Positions 28,407-38,530 of a stretch of 64,000 nucleotides of DNA are shown in pieces. This DNA is from Bacillota bacterium (GTDB lineage: Bacteria > Bacillota > Clostridia > Tissierellales > Peptoniphilaceae). Location of the stretch: NCBI GenBank assembly GCA_023394045.1, contig JAEXBN010000043.1, positions 12,208 through 76,207 on the forward strand, in the 5' to 3' direction. Position 1 is the first letter of the stretch, and each line of letters begins with the position of its first letter. The notes beneath the pieces are model-generated. The model did not search any database, was not told where the DNA came from, and worked only from the letters and a program-made list of their open reading frames with translations. A program made the translations under genes and the position numbers.

Positions 28407-31038
28407 TGGTCTCCTCTTTCAGTTTTCGAACGAGCTGATCCAACTCCTGCAGCGCGAGAATGGGGGTCATGGCGTTGACATCCATGGATCGCAGTGTATT
28501 TAAGACGCTCTTGGCGGCAGGAGACAGCGTGTCTTTCTGATCGTGCTTCGGAACGCTCCAGCTGAGTTGAAGCGGCGAAGGACCTTTTGGCAACCGCGCT
28601 TCAAATCTGGAGAGCAGCGTTGAAGCGCGGTCCAGAATTTCATCGGGAAGCCCCGATAAACGTGCCACCTCAATCCCATAGCTTCGATCCGCAGAACCTG
28701 GAATCACCTTTCGGAGAAACAAAAGGCGACCATCGCGCTCCTCAATCTGTACGGATCGATTTTCAATATTTTCATAACGCTCTGATAACGCACTGAGTTC
28801 ATGATAATGTGTGGCAAACAAGGTTTTCGCGGGACATTTCACCGACAGATATTCCAAAATAGCCTGCGCGATGGCCATCCCATCATTGGTGCTCGTCCCC
28901 CGTCCGATTTCATCTAATACGAGAAAACTATCTGGAGTGGCCTGTTCCAGGATATCAGCCATCTCTCGCATCTCCACCATAAACGTGGATTCCCCCCGAG
29001 CCAGATGATCCCGCGCGCCGATGCGCGTAAACACGCTGTCCGTGAGCGGAAGTTCACAGGAAGCAGCAGGAACGAAGGACCCCATTTGCCCCATGATCAG
29101 AATCAGCGCATTTTGTCTCATATACGTTGATTTTCCCGCCATATTAGGACCAGTGATGACTTGAATCCGATGATGTACAGATCCAATATGCAGATCATTT
29201 GCGATAAATTCCTGCTCCAAAACCGTTTCTACGACGGGATGGCGGCCTTCCTGAATATGAATTTCTCCTGATTCATTGAATCGGGGACGAACGTAATCAT
29301 GCTCCTCGGCGCACACCGAAAGAGCAAGCGTCGCATCCAACAGGGATAAAGTATCGGTGACACGGCGGATCCTTAACGCTTCCCGAGCCACTCGTTCACG
29401 CAGAGACACAAAAATCTCGTATTCCATCGCTTCAATCTGGGAAGCCCTTCCGGTAATGCGCTGCGCCATGTGCTCCAGCTCGGGCGTGGTAAAGCGTTCC
29501 GCATTTTTCAACGTCTGTTTACGAATATAATCCGACGGAACCTGATCCAGATTCGATCGGGTGATTTCGATAAAATATCCTTGATTTCGGCGAAAGACCA
29601 CGCGCAGATTTTTAATTCCGGTTCGTTCCTTTTCCTGCTGCTCGTAGGCCAACAACTCTTCCCGCGCATCCATGGATCCGGAACGAAGAGCATCAAGAGA
29701 GGCATCGTATCCTTCCCGGATCAGTCCCCCCTCGTTGATCGCAATGGGCGGCTCATCGACAAGAGCAGACACAATCAGATCGTGGAGATCATCTAAAGGA
29801 TCCAACATCGCATTCAGCGCCATCGCCACGGGATGTTCCGATGCTTGTAGGATGCGCATGATTTCAGGAATGGGCGCAATGGACTGCCCAAAGGAAAGAA
29901 GATCACGACCGTTTCCCCGTCCGAAGCTGAGTCGGCTTAAAAGTCGTTCAAGGTCGTAAACCGGATCCAGCAGCTCGCGAAGCTGCAATCGAATCGGGCG
30001 ATGTTCTTTGAAAAAGGCGACGCGATCCAGCCGTTCTTCAATTTCAGTGGGTTGCGTCAGTGGGAAATTGATCCATTCGGCCAATTTACGCGATCCCATT
30101 GCCGTTTTGGTGTGGTCCAGAACAGAAAAGAGCGTATTTCTCCGGCTCCCATCCTCCAGATTGCGCACCAGCTCCAGATTATCCCGTGTGGCGGCATTCA
30201 GATGCATATAACGGCGCGGAACCACCCATTCTAATGTGCTCAGATGCGCAAGATTTTCCTTCCGGAAGGCATACACGACTTGAAAGAGCGTGTAGATCGC
30301 CGTCTGCGCCACCATGCGATGGCGCAGTTCTCCCGGAAAAGAGCCGGTCAGGCGCGCCGTTAACGATTCATACAGAACCTTCGGATCCGATTCGCTTCTC
30401 TGAACGCGTGTCATGAAAAAGTGGCGCTTGAGGAGCATGTCCGCCCATGCATCATTTTGTTCCCGATTTTCCTCATCATCGACCAAAATGATCTCCGAAG
30501 GATGAATCGATTCCACCCAGTCGCTGATGGCCGCATTGGCATCACCGATCTCATTTAATTCTGTCGCCCGCAGCGTCCCGGTCGATAGATCCGCATAGCA
30601 AAGTCCCATGCTGTTTCGATAGAAAAAGACAACGAGGAGAAAATTATTTTCCTGCTGGTCGAGAACATCCGATTCGGTCAGGGTCCCCGGAGTCAAAATT
30701 CGCGTCACTTCCCGTTTCACGAGCCCGATCGCCTGTTTTGGATCTTCCATTTGATCGACAATGCAGACCTTATGCCCTGCTGCGACAAGTTTTCCTGCAT
30801 AGGTTTCAATCACGTGATGAGGAACACCGGCCATCGGGCAGCGTTCATCCAAGCCGCAATCCCGTGAGGTCAGAGTCAGTTCCAGAATTTTGGAGCCCGT
30901 GATCGCATCATCAAAGAACATTTCATAAAAATCGCCAAGGCGATATAAAATCAGGCATTCCGGATATTGCTCTTTGATGCTCACATAATGTTGCATCATC
31001 GGAGAGAGCTTTTCACGGTTGATCCAGTCCCAAACCAT
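28387..31038 (-). CDS. mutS: DNA mismatch repair protein MutS
   Basis: GDFYEMF, TGPNMAGKSTYMRQ, STFMVEM, DEIGRGTS. Confidence 0.98.
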   Translation of the reverse strand: MVWDWINREKLSPMMQHYVSIKEQYPECLILYRLGDFYEMFFDDAITGSKILELTLTSRDCGLDERCPMAGVPHHVIETYAGKLVAAGHKVCIVDQMEDPKQAIGLVKREVTRILTPGTLTESDVLDQQENNFLLVVFFYRNSMGLCYADLSTGTLRATELNEIGDANAAISDWVESIHPSEIILVDDEENREQNDAWADMLLKRHFFMTRVQRSESDPKVLYESLTARLTGSFPGELRHRMVAQTAIYTLFQVVYAFRKENLAHLSTLEWVVPRRYMHLNAATRDNLELVRNLEDGSRRNTLFSVLDHTKTAMGSRKLAEWINFPLTQPTEIEERLDRVAFFKEHRPIRLQLRELLDPVYDLERLLSRLSFGRGNGRDLLSFGQSIAPIPEIMRILQASEHPVAMALNAMLDPLDDLHDLIVSALVDEPPIAINEGGLIREGYDASLDALRSGSMDAREELLAYEQQEKERTGIKNLRVVFRRNQGYFIEITRSNLDQVPSDYIRKQTLKNAERFTTPELEHMAQRITGRASQIEAMEYEIFVSLRERVAREALRIRRVTDTLSLLDATLALSVCAEEHDYVRPRFNESGEIHIQEGRHPVVETVLEQEFIANDLHIGSVHHRIQVITGPNMAGKSTYMRQNALILIMGQMGSFVPAASCELPLTDSVFTRIGARDHLARGESTFMVEMREMADILEQATPDSFLVLDEIGRGTSTNDGMAIAQAILEYLSVKCPAKTLFATHYHELSALSERYENIENRSVQIEERDGRLLFLRKVIPGSADRSYGIEVARLSGLPDEILDRASTLLSRFEARLPKGPSPLQLSWSVPKHDQKDTLSPAAKSVLNTLRSMDVNAMTPILALQELDQLVRKLKEETNDPSVK

Positions 31039-31044
31039 GATGAC

Positions 31045-32355
31045 TCACGCTTTCTCATTGACACATTCGCCAATCAGGGAGAATGAATTGGCATCGGTAA
31101 TTTTCACCGAATGCATCTGTCCGATGAGCGATGGGCTTCCCGCAACATGGATCAGACGATTTTGTGAATCACGTCCGGAAATCCGATGGGCATCCGTTTT
31201 GCTGACCTGATCAAACAAGACTTCCACTGTGGTTCCGATGGCGGCGCGGTTACGCTGCAAAAAAATCGGATAGAGCACATCCAGAAGCTCCTGAAATCTG
31301 CGGGCACACACATCCGATGAAATATGATCCGGACGGCTGGCCGCTTTTGTGCCGGGGCGTGGGGAATAGATGAAGGTGAAGGCCGTATCAAATCCGACTT
31401 CGCGAACCAAATCCAGCGTTTCTTGATGATTCTCTTCCGTTTCTCCCGGGAATCCGACAATGATATCGGTTGAAAGAGAAAGGTCCGGCATGGCAGATCG
31501 TAATTGTTGAACCAGACTCAAATAATGCTCGCGTGTGTAGTGTCGATTCATCGCGCGCAGAATTTCATTGGATCCTGACTGGAGAGGAAGATGAAAATGG
31601 CGCTCAATTTTAGGATGCGTGGCCATCACTTGAATCAAGCGTGGAGAAAGATCTTTCGGGTGAGATGACATAAAGCGAATGCGCCGAATTCCATCGATCG
31701 CGTGAACTTTTTCCAAAAGAGCAGGAAAATCACATGCGGGATCACTATAAGAGTTCACGTTTTGCCCCAGCAAGATCACTTCTTGATAGCCCTGTTCTGC
31801 TAATTGTTGAATTTCGTGCAGAATCTCGCCGGATGGGCGGCTTTGCTCTCTTCCACGGGCATAGGGAACGATGCAATAGGAACAGAAATTATTGCAGCCC
31901 GTCATGATCGTGACGTAGGCCGACGTTTCGTTTGAGCGGTGAAATGTGGCTTCCTGAGAGGTCTCGTATGCGGAAATATCAAAAATGCGCTCCCCGGTCG
32001 CCCGATGGCGGGCAATCAGCTCTGGCAATTTATTGATATTTTGGGTGCCGAAAACAAGATCGACTTGCGGATAGGAGCGGCGAATCGTTTCTCTCGCAGG
32101 TCCGGTTTGCATCATACATCCGCTGACCGCAAGAATCCGGTTCGGATCCTGTGATTTCCAGTGCTTTAATGCGCCAATCTGGCCAAATACTTTGAGTTCA
32201 GCGTTTTCGCGGACAAGGCAGGTATTCATCAAAATAAAATCGGCTTGGTCGGTCTCCTCGCATCGTGAATAGCCCGATTGCTCAAGCAGTGCGGCGATCC
32301 GTTCCGAATCATGTTCATTCATCTGGCAGCCGTGTGTGATTAATTTATAATTCAT
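31045..32355 (-). CDS. miaB: tRNA-i6A37 methylthiotransferase
   Basis: GCQMNEHDSE, CNNFCSYC radical-SAM motif, TDIIVGFPGET; AAGGAGG RBS. Confidence 0.95.
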   Translation of the reverse strand: MNYKLITHGCQMNEHDSERIAALLEQSGYSRCEETDQADFILMNTCLVRENAELKVFGQIGALKHWKSQDPNRILAVSGCMMQTGPARETIRRSYPQVDLVFGTQNINKLPELIARHRATGERIFDISAYETSQEATFHRSNETSAYVTIMTGCNNFCSYCIVPYARGREQSRPSGEILHEIQQLAEQGYQEVILLGQNVNSYSDPACDFPALLEKVHAIDGIRRIRFMSSHPKDLSPRLIQVMATHPKIERHFHLPLQSGSNEILRAMNRHYTREHYLSLVQQLRSAMPDLSLSTDIIVGFPGETEENHQETLDLVREVGFDTAFTFIYSPRPGTKAASRPDHISSDVCARRFQELLDVLYPIFLQRNRAAIGTTVEVLFDQVSKTDAHRISGRDSQNRLIHVAGSPSLIGQMHSVKITDANSFSLIGECVNEKA

Positions 32356-32430
32356 ACGCCTCCTTACCCTGCGTCTCATTCTTCGATTCAAAGATGGAAT
32401 CGCGTGACCCCTCAAATTTTATAGAAGCTG

Positions 32431-32471
32431 AAAAATGGCGAAACCAGACACCATGCCTGATTTCGCCATTT
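32431..32471 (-). terminator. Intrinsic terminator after ispH-rpsA
   Basis: AAATGGCGAAA...TTTCGCCATTT stem with a T-run on the minus strand. Confidence 0.75.
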
Positions 32472-32527
32472 GTTTGTTCATCATTCTGAACAACGTCAGA
32501 CAGAACCGCTTTGGGATTGGTCTGCTG

Positions 32528-34687
32528 TTATGCTTCCGTATTTTCTTCTTCGGAAGCCGCCTCATCGCTCACCAAGTTGAGCTGAGCAGCGATCAGATCA
32601 CCCAGATTGGTTCCGATATCATCTCCGCCATCGAAGTTAATCTTTGGCTGAGCTTTGTGCTTCTCGCGAGCGGGACGGTTTTCCTGATTGGATTTTGCCT
32701 TCGGCGCAGCGTCACGGCGTTCAAAGCGAGCCGCATCATATTTCGGTGCAGCGGGAGCATCGGAGGAAGGTTCTTCCGTCTCTTCCTTATTTTCCCCTTC
32801 GGCCGGCTCCTCAAGAGCGCGTGTGGACAAAGCGATGCGCTGACGCTCTTCATCAATGTCCAAGATCTTGACTTGCACTTCTTGGCCGACATTGTATTCA
32901 TCGGAAGGTTTTTCCACATGATGATGTGAAATCTGCGACACATGGATGAGTCCCTCAACGCCTTCTTTCAGACGGACAAAGGCGCCAAAATCAAGCAGAT
33001 TCACGATGGTTCCGGTGACAACATCGCCCGGTTTATTTTCTTGTTTGAAGACTTCAAACGGTTTCGGAGTTTGCTGCTTCAGACCAAGAGAGATGCGGTT
33101 GCGCTCACGATTGGCTTTCAGAACGACCGGCTCCACTTCCTGACCAATTTCAAGGACATCGGAGGGCTTATCAATGCGCTGCCATGAGATATCCGAAACA
33201 TGGATCAGGCCATCGACGCCGCCCAGATCCACAAAGGCACCGAAATCCGTCATGCGGACCACTTTACCTTTTACGGTCTCACCGACGACGATCTTATCCC
33301 AAACTTCATCCAGCTGATCTTCAAGGACGGCACGGGCGGAAAGGACGACGCGACGTTTTCTTTCATCGATCGACAGGAATTTGCACTCCAAAGTCTGCCC
33401 TACGTACTGTTTGAAGTTCTTGACGAAATATGTTGCAATCTGAGACGCCGGAATAAATCCATTAATGCCCAGAACATTGGCGACCAAGCCACCGCGATTT
33501 TCTCCCGTGATCACGGCCTCAACGGTTTCGCCTGCTTCATATTTTTCGACAAGCTTCGTCCAGTTTTTCAGACCTTCAACGCGACCCGTGGACAGAACAA
33601 CATTTCCTTCTCCATCGTCCAGTTTGATCACGAAGACATCGATCTCGTCCCCTTCATGGAAGCTTTCATGCGGATTTTTCCGCTCTTCTTCCGTCATCTC
33701 GTCGCTTTTAATGATTCCATCTGCGCGATAACGAATATCCACATAGACTTCATCATCCTTTACAGCGATGACGGTTCCTTTGACAATATCGCGAGGAAAA
33801 ATCTTCACCATACTGTCTTCGATTTGCTCCATGAAATCTTCTTTTGTAAAATTCTCCATCCCTACGACGACCTCCTCAATAATCCAGTCCGGTGTGCTCG
33901 CACCGGCGGTTACTCCTATTTTATTCAATCCGATGATGTTTTGTAAAGTTAAATCCTTGAAAACTTCAATTTTTTGAGCATTTGGAGTCACATTTGAAGC
34001 CACTTGAAACAACTTTTCCGTATTGGAGGAGTCCCTTCCCCCAATCACAATCATGGCATCCACCTGTCTGGCGAGCGCGGCCGCTGCCTCTTGGCGCTCT
34101 CTTGTTGCCTGACAGATCGTTGGCGCGATCTCCTTTGGTACATTGTCCGGAAGCGCCTCGCAAATCGATTCGTAAATCGAGCGGCGGTTGGTGGTTTGTG
34201 AGACCACAAATAGTGGGCGATCCACAGGAACCTCCCGTGCTTCCTCTTGCGAATGAACGATGACGGCTTCTTCATTCAAATAGCTTCGCATCGCGATCAC
34301 TTCCGGATGCAGGGGATCGCCGACGATGACACAGCGTTTTCCCTCCTGTTCAGCTTTTTGCAACTTCCGGTAAATGGCAAGCAAAATGGGGCAAGTTCCA
34401 TCAATGATCGTGGCACCTGTCGCATTCAGACGATCGCGATCCGTTTTGGTGATGCCATGCGCCCGGAGGATGATGACCGAATGAGGATTGAGGCATTGCT
34501 CCGCCTCTTCAATGCTGTTTAGAGTGATGAGCCCCTCATCTTCACGGCGGGATAAATATTGGGGATTATGCACCAGTGCGCCATAAGCATAAACGGTTTT
34601 GTGTTCTTTTAAAGCATTTTGAACCTGTTTATCAATATGGCGTACGCCAAAACAAAACCCAGCATGCTCTGCAAGATAAATCTTCAC
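32528..34687 (-). CDS. ispH: Bifunctional IspH (LytB) / 30S ribosomal protein S1 fusion
   Basis: AGFCFGV, TCP, TICQAT and SSN IspH motifs, then four S1 repeats (FGAFVDLGGVDGLIHVS). Confidence 0.93.
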   Translation of the reverse strand: MKIYLAEHAGFCFGVRHIDKQVQNALKEHKTVYAYGALVHNPQYLSRREDEGLITLNSIEEAEQCLNPHSVIILRAHGITKTDRDRLNATGATIIDGTCPILLAIYRKLQKAEQEGKRCVIVGDPLHPEVIAMRSYLNEEAVIVHSQEEAREVPVDRPLFVVSQTTNRRSIYESICEALPDNVPKEIAPTICQATRERQEAAAALARQVDAMIVIGGRDSSNTEKLFQVASNVTPNAQKIEVFKDLTLQNIIGLNKIGVTAGASTPDWIIEEVVVGMENFTKEDFMEQIEDSMVKIFPRDIVKGTVIAVKDDEVYVDIRYRADGIIKSDEMTEEERKNPHESFHEGDEIDVFVIKLDDGEGNVVLSTGRVEGLKNWTKLVEKYEAGETVEAVITGENRGGLVANVLGINGFIPASQIATYFVKNFKQYVGQTLECKFLSIDERKRRVVLSARAVLEDQLDEVWDKIVVGETVKGKVVRMTDFGAFVDLGGVDGLIHVSDISWQRIDKPSDVLEIGQEVEPVVLKANRERNRISLGLKQQTPKPFEVFKQENKPGDVVTGTIVNLLDFGAFVRLKEGVEGLIHVSQISHHHVEKPSDEYNVGQEVQVKILDIDEERQRIALSTRALEEPAEGENKEETEEPSSDAPAAPKYDAARFERRDAAPKAKSNQENRPAREKHKAQPKINFDGGDDIGTNLGDLIAAQLNLVSDEAASEEENTEA

Positions 34688-35316
34688 CGGGGATCCTCGT
34701 TTTCTTCTTTCTGCGGTGGATCGGATGGTCTTTCGACAAAAGCCGTTATGGGAAGATGCGTTCCATAGATCGTATTAAACACTTTTGCGGTGATCATCGT
34801 CCTCGCTTCATGACGTGGAAGGGATGAAAATTCTTCCGTCTGGAGAACGGGACGAAAACGAATCACGAAATCGGATCGAAAATGATAGGTGGATTCAATG
34901 TATATACAGTAGACCGGAACGCGCGATTTTTGAACTAAGTATCCGATCCCTTCTTTCATTGCATGGGGGTCCTGAACCTTCATCCGGTGTCCTTCCGGAA
35001 AGATCCCGAGAACCTGCCCATTTTTAAGAACTTGCAGCATTTCCCGAAGCGCGCGGATATCGTTGTTCTCCCGATCCACATAAATCGCCCCCCACCGGCG
35101 CAGCAAGCGGCCAATGAGCGGAAGATGGGACAGCTCTTTTTTCGCCACAATTTTTCCTGAATCCGGGAGAATCATGTACATGGCCAAAGCATCCCAATTG
35201 GATCCATGATTGGCGCAGATGATGGATGGCTTCTGGATGGAAGGCGGCTCTTCCATTTTGAGCCGGAAGAAGACGCGCAAAACCCAATGAGCCAAATGCT
35301 TTGTCCATCCGCTCAT
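34684..35316 (-). CDS. plsC: 1-acyl-sn-glycerol-3-phosphate acyltransferase
   Basis: NHGSNWD (NHxxxxD) and IFPEG motifs; cmk-plsC-ispH context. Confidence 0.88.
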   Translation of the reverse strand: MSGWTKHLAHWVLRVFFRLKMEEPPSIQKPSIICANHGSNWDALAMYMILPDSGKIVAKKELSHLPLIGRLLRRWGAIYVDRENNDIRALREMLQVLKNGQVLGIFPEGHRMKVQDPHAMKEGIGYLVQKSRVPVYCIYIESTYHFRSDFVIRFRPVLQTEEFSSLPRHEARTMITAKVFNTIYGTHLPITAFVERPSDPPQKEENEDPR

Positions 35317-35957
35317 CGTTCCCACTCTTTCCGAATATAATGAACGACATCTTCCAGTGTCATCTCTGAAGTATCCAGCAGGATGGCATCCTCCGCTGGA
35401 CGAAGAGGAGAAATGGGTCTGGTGGAATCATAGCGGTCTCTCTCGATAATAGAAGAGAGCACTTCTTCGTAAGACATGGCGGAGTGCGCTTTAGGATCGT
35501 TCAAGCGCCTCTTGGCGCGGACTTCTGGTGTTGCGGTCAGGTAAATTTTCAGATCGGCATGTGGCAGCACCACCGTCCCAATATCCCGCCCGTCAAGAAT
35601 GACATCTTGTTGTTGAGCGATCTCCTGTTGTAAACGAACCATTCTTTTGCGAACTTCTGCATACCCGGAGACAACAGAAACCGTTGCGGTGACTTCATCC
35701 GAACGGATTTCCTTCGAGACATCCCTCCCATTCAAAAAGATTTGATGCGGTTTCATTTCAAGATCAACCGTTTTTAGCAGTTCCACCACCTGTTCTTCCT
35801 GAAGCGGGTCGATGCCGGCTTCCAGCACAGCAAGCGTGAGGGCGCGGTACATCGCTCCGGTATCTAGGTGCGCAATCTGGAGTTCCTGTGAAAGGCGCTC
35901 CGCTACGGTGCTTTTTCCGGATCCTGCCGGTCCGTCAATGGCCATGGTTCGTGACAT
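35313..35957 (-). CDS. cmk: Cytidylate kinase
   Basis: AIDGPAGSGKST, LDTGAMYR, DGRDIGTVV. Confidence 0.97.
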   Translation of the reverse strand: MSRTMAIDGPAGSGKSTVAERLSQELQIAHLDTGAMYRALTLAVLEAGIDPLQEEQVVELLKTVDLEMKPHQIFLNGRDVSKEIRSDEVTATVSVVSGYAEVRKRMVRLQQEIAQQQDVILDGRDIGTVVLPHADLKIYLTATPEVRAKRRLNDPKAHSAMSYEEVLSSIIERDRYDSTRPISPLRPAEDAILLDTSEMTLEDVVHYIRKEWER

Positions 35958-35981
35958 AATTCCTCGTTTCTATCGGTATTT

Positions 35982-37253
35982 CTATCGGTTCAATGGTTTG
36001 GCATGCGCGTCTGCACACAGAGCTGCGGCGGAGAGCCCTGCCAAATGTCCGGTGGAAAAGGCAAGCTGTAAATTATATCCTCCGGTCTGCGCATCCACAT
36101 CAAGAATTTCTCCAGCAAAAAACAGATGTTGTTGAATCCGGGACTGCATGGTATGAGGATCCACTTCACGCACATTCACCCCTCCGCGCGTGATGACCGC
36201 TTGTTTGAATGAGCCAAGAGATTCCACTGTGAGCGGAAAGCGTTTCAGAAGATCAATAAATCGGTTGGCATCGGATCGAGTCCAGTCATGAAAAGGAAAG
36301 TCGCTTTTCCATCCTCCCTTTTCGAGAAACACGGAAATCACGCGTTGCGGAAGAAATGTGGAAAACAAGGTTCCCAGGTGACGATTGGCTCCGGAGTCGC
36401 GCTCTCTTGTGAGTCTGCGACGCAGCTGTTCTTCGGTCAATGCAGGTTTCCAGTCCAGCGTGAGTTTTTGCCCTTTCACTTCCGTTCCGGACAAATCTGA
36501 CGATAAAGTGAGAACGATGGGCCCGGAGATGCCATCTCTCGTAAACACCATTTCTCCGAAATAGGTTTTCTTTTTTTTGCTTGTTCCCGTGCTTAACGCG
36601 ATGTTTCGCAGCGAAATCCCCTCCCAGTCTGCAATAAAATTTTCCTGCAGTTGAATGGGCACCAGAGAAGGAGACGTCGGACTCAAGCTGTGTCCAAATT
36701 GCTTTGCAAAGCGATATCCATCTCCGGTGGACCCCGTTCCCGGATAGGATAATCCGCCTGTGGCAACGATCAGGTTTCGGGCTTCCAGACGCTGTTGTTT
36801 ATCCTCGGAAAAGAGAATGAAATGTTCCTTCTCAACCTGAATGGAGTCGACGCGGAAATGATACCGCAGTTCCACGCGATGTTGCTCCAGAGATTGACGC
36901 AACACGCGGATAATGTCGCTGGAATGATCGCTCGTTGGAAAGACACGTCCGCCGCGTTCCACTTTGAGCGGCTGACCATGTGTTTCGAAAAACCGTATGG
37001 TTTCCTCATTCGAAAAGGAAGCGAAAGCCGAATAAAGAAAGCGCGGATTCCTGCAAACATGTTTCAAAAACTCCGGCAATGGCGCTTTGTTGGTGACGTT
37101 GCACCGCCCTTTTCCCGTGATATAAATCTTTTTTCCGGGTTTTTCATTTCCATCCGCGATGACCACATCGACGCCCGATTGTGAAGCGGCAATTCCCGCC
37201 ATGCAACCGGCGGCACCCATTCCGATAATGGCAACATCATAGATTTTGATCAT
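35982..37253 (-). CDS. HI0933/BaiN-family flavoprotein
   Basis: IIGMGAAG, TGKGRCNVTN, ATGGLSYPGTGSTGDG, GGYNLQ. Confidence 0.92.
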   Translation of the reverse strand: MIKIYDVAIIGMGAAGCMAGIAASQSGVDVVIADGNEKPGKKIYITGKGRCNVTNKAPLPEFLKHVCRNPRFLYSAFASFSNEETIRFFETHGQPLKVERGGRVFPTSDHSSDIIRVLRQSLEQHRVELRYHFRVDSIQVEKEHFILFSEDKQQRLEARNLIVATGGLSYPGTGSTGDGYRFAKQFGHSLSPTSPSLVPIQLQENFIADWEGISLRNIALSTGTSKKKKTYFGEMVFTRDGISGPIVLTLSSDLSGTEVKGQKLTLDWKPALTEEQLRRRLTRERDSGANRHLGTLFSTFLPQRVISVFLEKGGWKSDFPFHDWTRSDANRFIDLLKRFPLTVESLGSFKQAVITRGGVNVREVDPHTMQSRIQQHLFFAGEILDVDAQTGGYNLQLAFSTGHLAGLSAAALCADAHAKPLNR

Positions 37254-37995
37254 TCAAGACCTCTTTCTTTTCATCGGAATTGAGTGGGATCCATTCTCCC
37301 GGAGCCAATGTCCCGAGGCGGAGAGATCCAATGCGAACGCGGATCAATCGGATGACCTCATATCCCAGTCGATGAAAGAGCCGCCGAATTTCCCGCTTTC
37401 TGCCCTCATGAAGCACGATATGAAGAATGCTCGCGCCTTCTCGATCCGGAGGCCAATCCGGAATTTGATGATCCGATGCTTCACGTTGATGAAAGATCCA
37501 TATCCGGTCAGGATGGTAAACTTCTTTTCCATCGTGAATTCCCCTTAAAGCGCGCAGACGATCTTTTTCATCCAAGGCGCGATCCAAAACGACCAGATAT
37601 TCTTTTTCGGTATTGGCAGAAGGATGAGCGATTTGCTGTGAAAAGGCGCCGTCATTAGTGACAAGCAGCAGTCCTTCTGAATCGCGATCCAGCCGTCCGA
37701 TACTAAAAAGCCCCGGCTCATCCGGCAGATCTTCATAAATCAGCCGCCCCCCATGCGGATCAAAATGGCTGCAGAGGCTTCCCCTCGGTTTATGATAAAG
37801 ATAAGTGGAGGTCTGCTTCGGAGGCTGAATGTCTTTCCCATCCACCACGACGCGATCGCCGGGTTCAATCATGGTGGACAGCGTCTCAACCGGTTTTCCG
37901 TTGCAAAACACCCGCCCCTCTCGGATGAGCTCTTCCGATTTGCGGCGTGATGCGACGCCGGCTCTCGCCAAATAGCGATTAATCCGCATTCTCAT
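37237..37995 (-). CDS. rluB: RluB-like pseudouridine synthase
   Basis: S4 domain (GVASRRK), GRLDRDSEGLL, EGRKREIRR; follows scpB; start approximate. Confidence 0.88.
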   Translation of the reverse strand: MRMRINRYLARAGVASRRKSEELIREGRVFCNGKPVETLSTMIEPGDRVVVDGKDIQPPKQTSTYLYHKPRGSLCSHFDPHGGRLIYEDLPDEPGLFSIGRLDRDSEGLLLVTNDGAFSQQIAHPSANTEKEYLVVLDRALDEKDRLRALRGIHDGKEVYHPDRIWIFHQREASDHQIPDWPPDREGASILHIVLHEGRKREIRRLFHRLGYEVIRLIRVRIGSLRLGTLAPGEWIPLNSDEKKEVLNDQNL

Positions 37996-38530
37996 GATTC
38001 TCATTCTCCCACATCGCTTCCACCTCTGAGCGGGAAGGCAAAGCTTCGAGAGATTCCAGCGCAAAAGCGCGCAGAAATTCGCGGGTGGTGCGATAGAGAA
38101 TGGGTCGTCCGATCTGATCCAGACGGCCGGCTTCTTCAATCAGTCCGCGATCCAATAGCGTATCAATGGAGCCTGAACTTTTTACACCGCGGATTTCATC
38201 AATGGCGATACGGGTCACCGGCTGATCGTAGGCGATGATGGCCAGCGTTTCGAGCGCCGAGTTGGATAGCCGTTTGTTTTGGGAAGAGCCGAATAATTTT
38301 TCGAATACCTCTGCATGCTCCTCCCGCGTGCTCAACTGTACGGCATCACCGACACGGCGCAACCGGAGTCCTCGATCTGGACGATCCCATGCCTGCATCA
38401 TACGTTCAATGAGCTGGTTGGTCTCTAAAGGAGTCCGTTCCAGAAGACGTGCCAGATCTTCGATCGGAAGCGGATCTCCCCAGACATATAAAATACCCTC
38501 AATCAGAGCCATCTGTTCGGCTTCACTCAC
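37979..38530 (-). CDS. scpB: SMC-Scp complex subunit ScpB
   Basis: LSNSALETLAIIAYDQPVTR, GRPILYRTT. Confidence 0.95.
   Translation of the reverse strand: MSEAEQMALIEGILYVWGDPLPIEDLARLLERTPLETNQLIERMMQAWDRPDRGLRLRRVGDAVQLSTREEHAEVFEKLFGSSQNKRLSNSALETLAIIAYDQPVTRIAIDEIRGVKSSGSIDTLLDRGLIEEAGRLDQIGRPILYRTTREFLRAFALESLEALPSRSEVEAMWENENHENAD

Noticed and set aside
35967..35989. Tandem duplication TTTCTATCGGT x2 spanning a stop codon
   Set aside because: Only two copies; most likely a local slippage duplication with no evident function.
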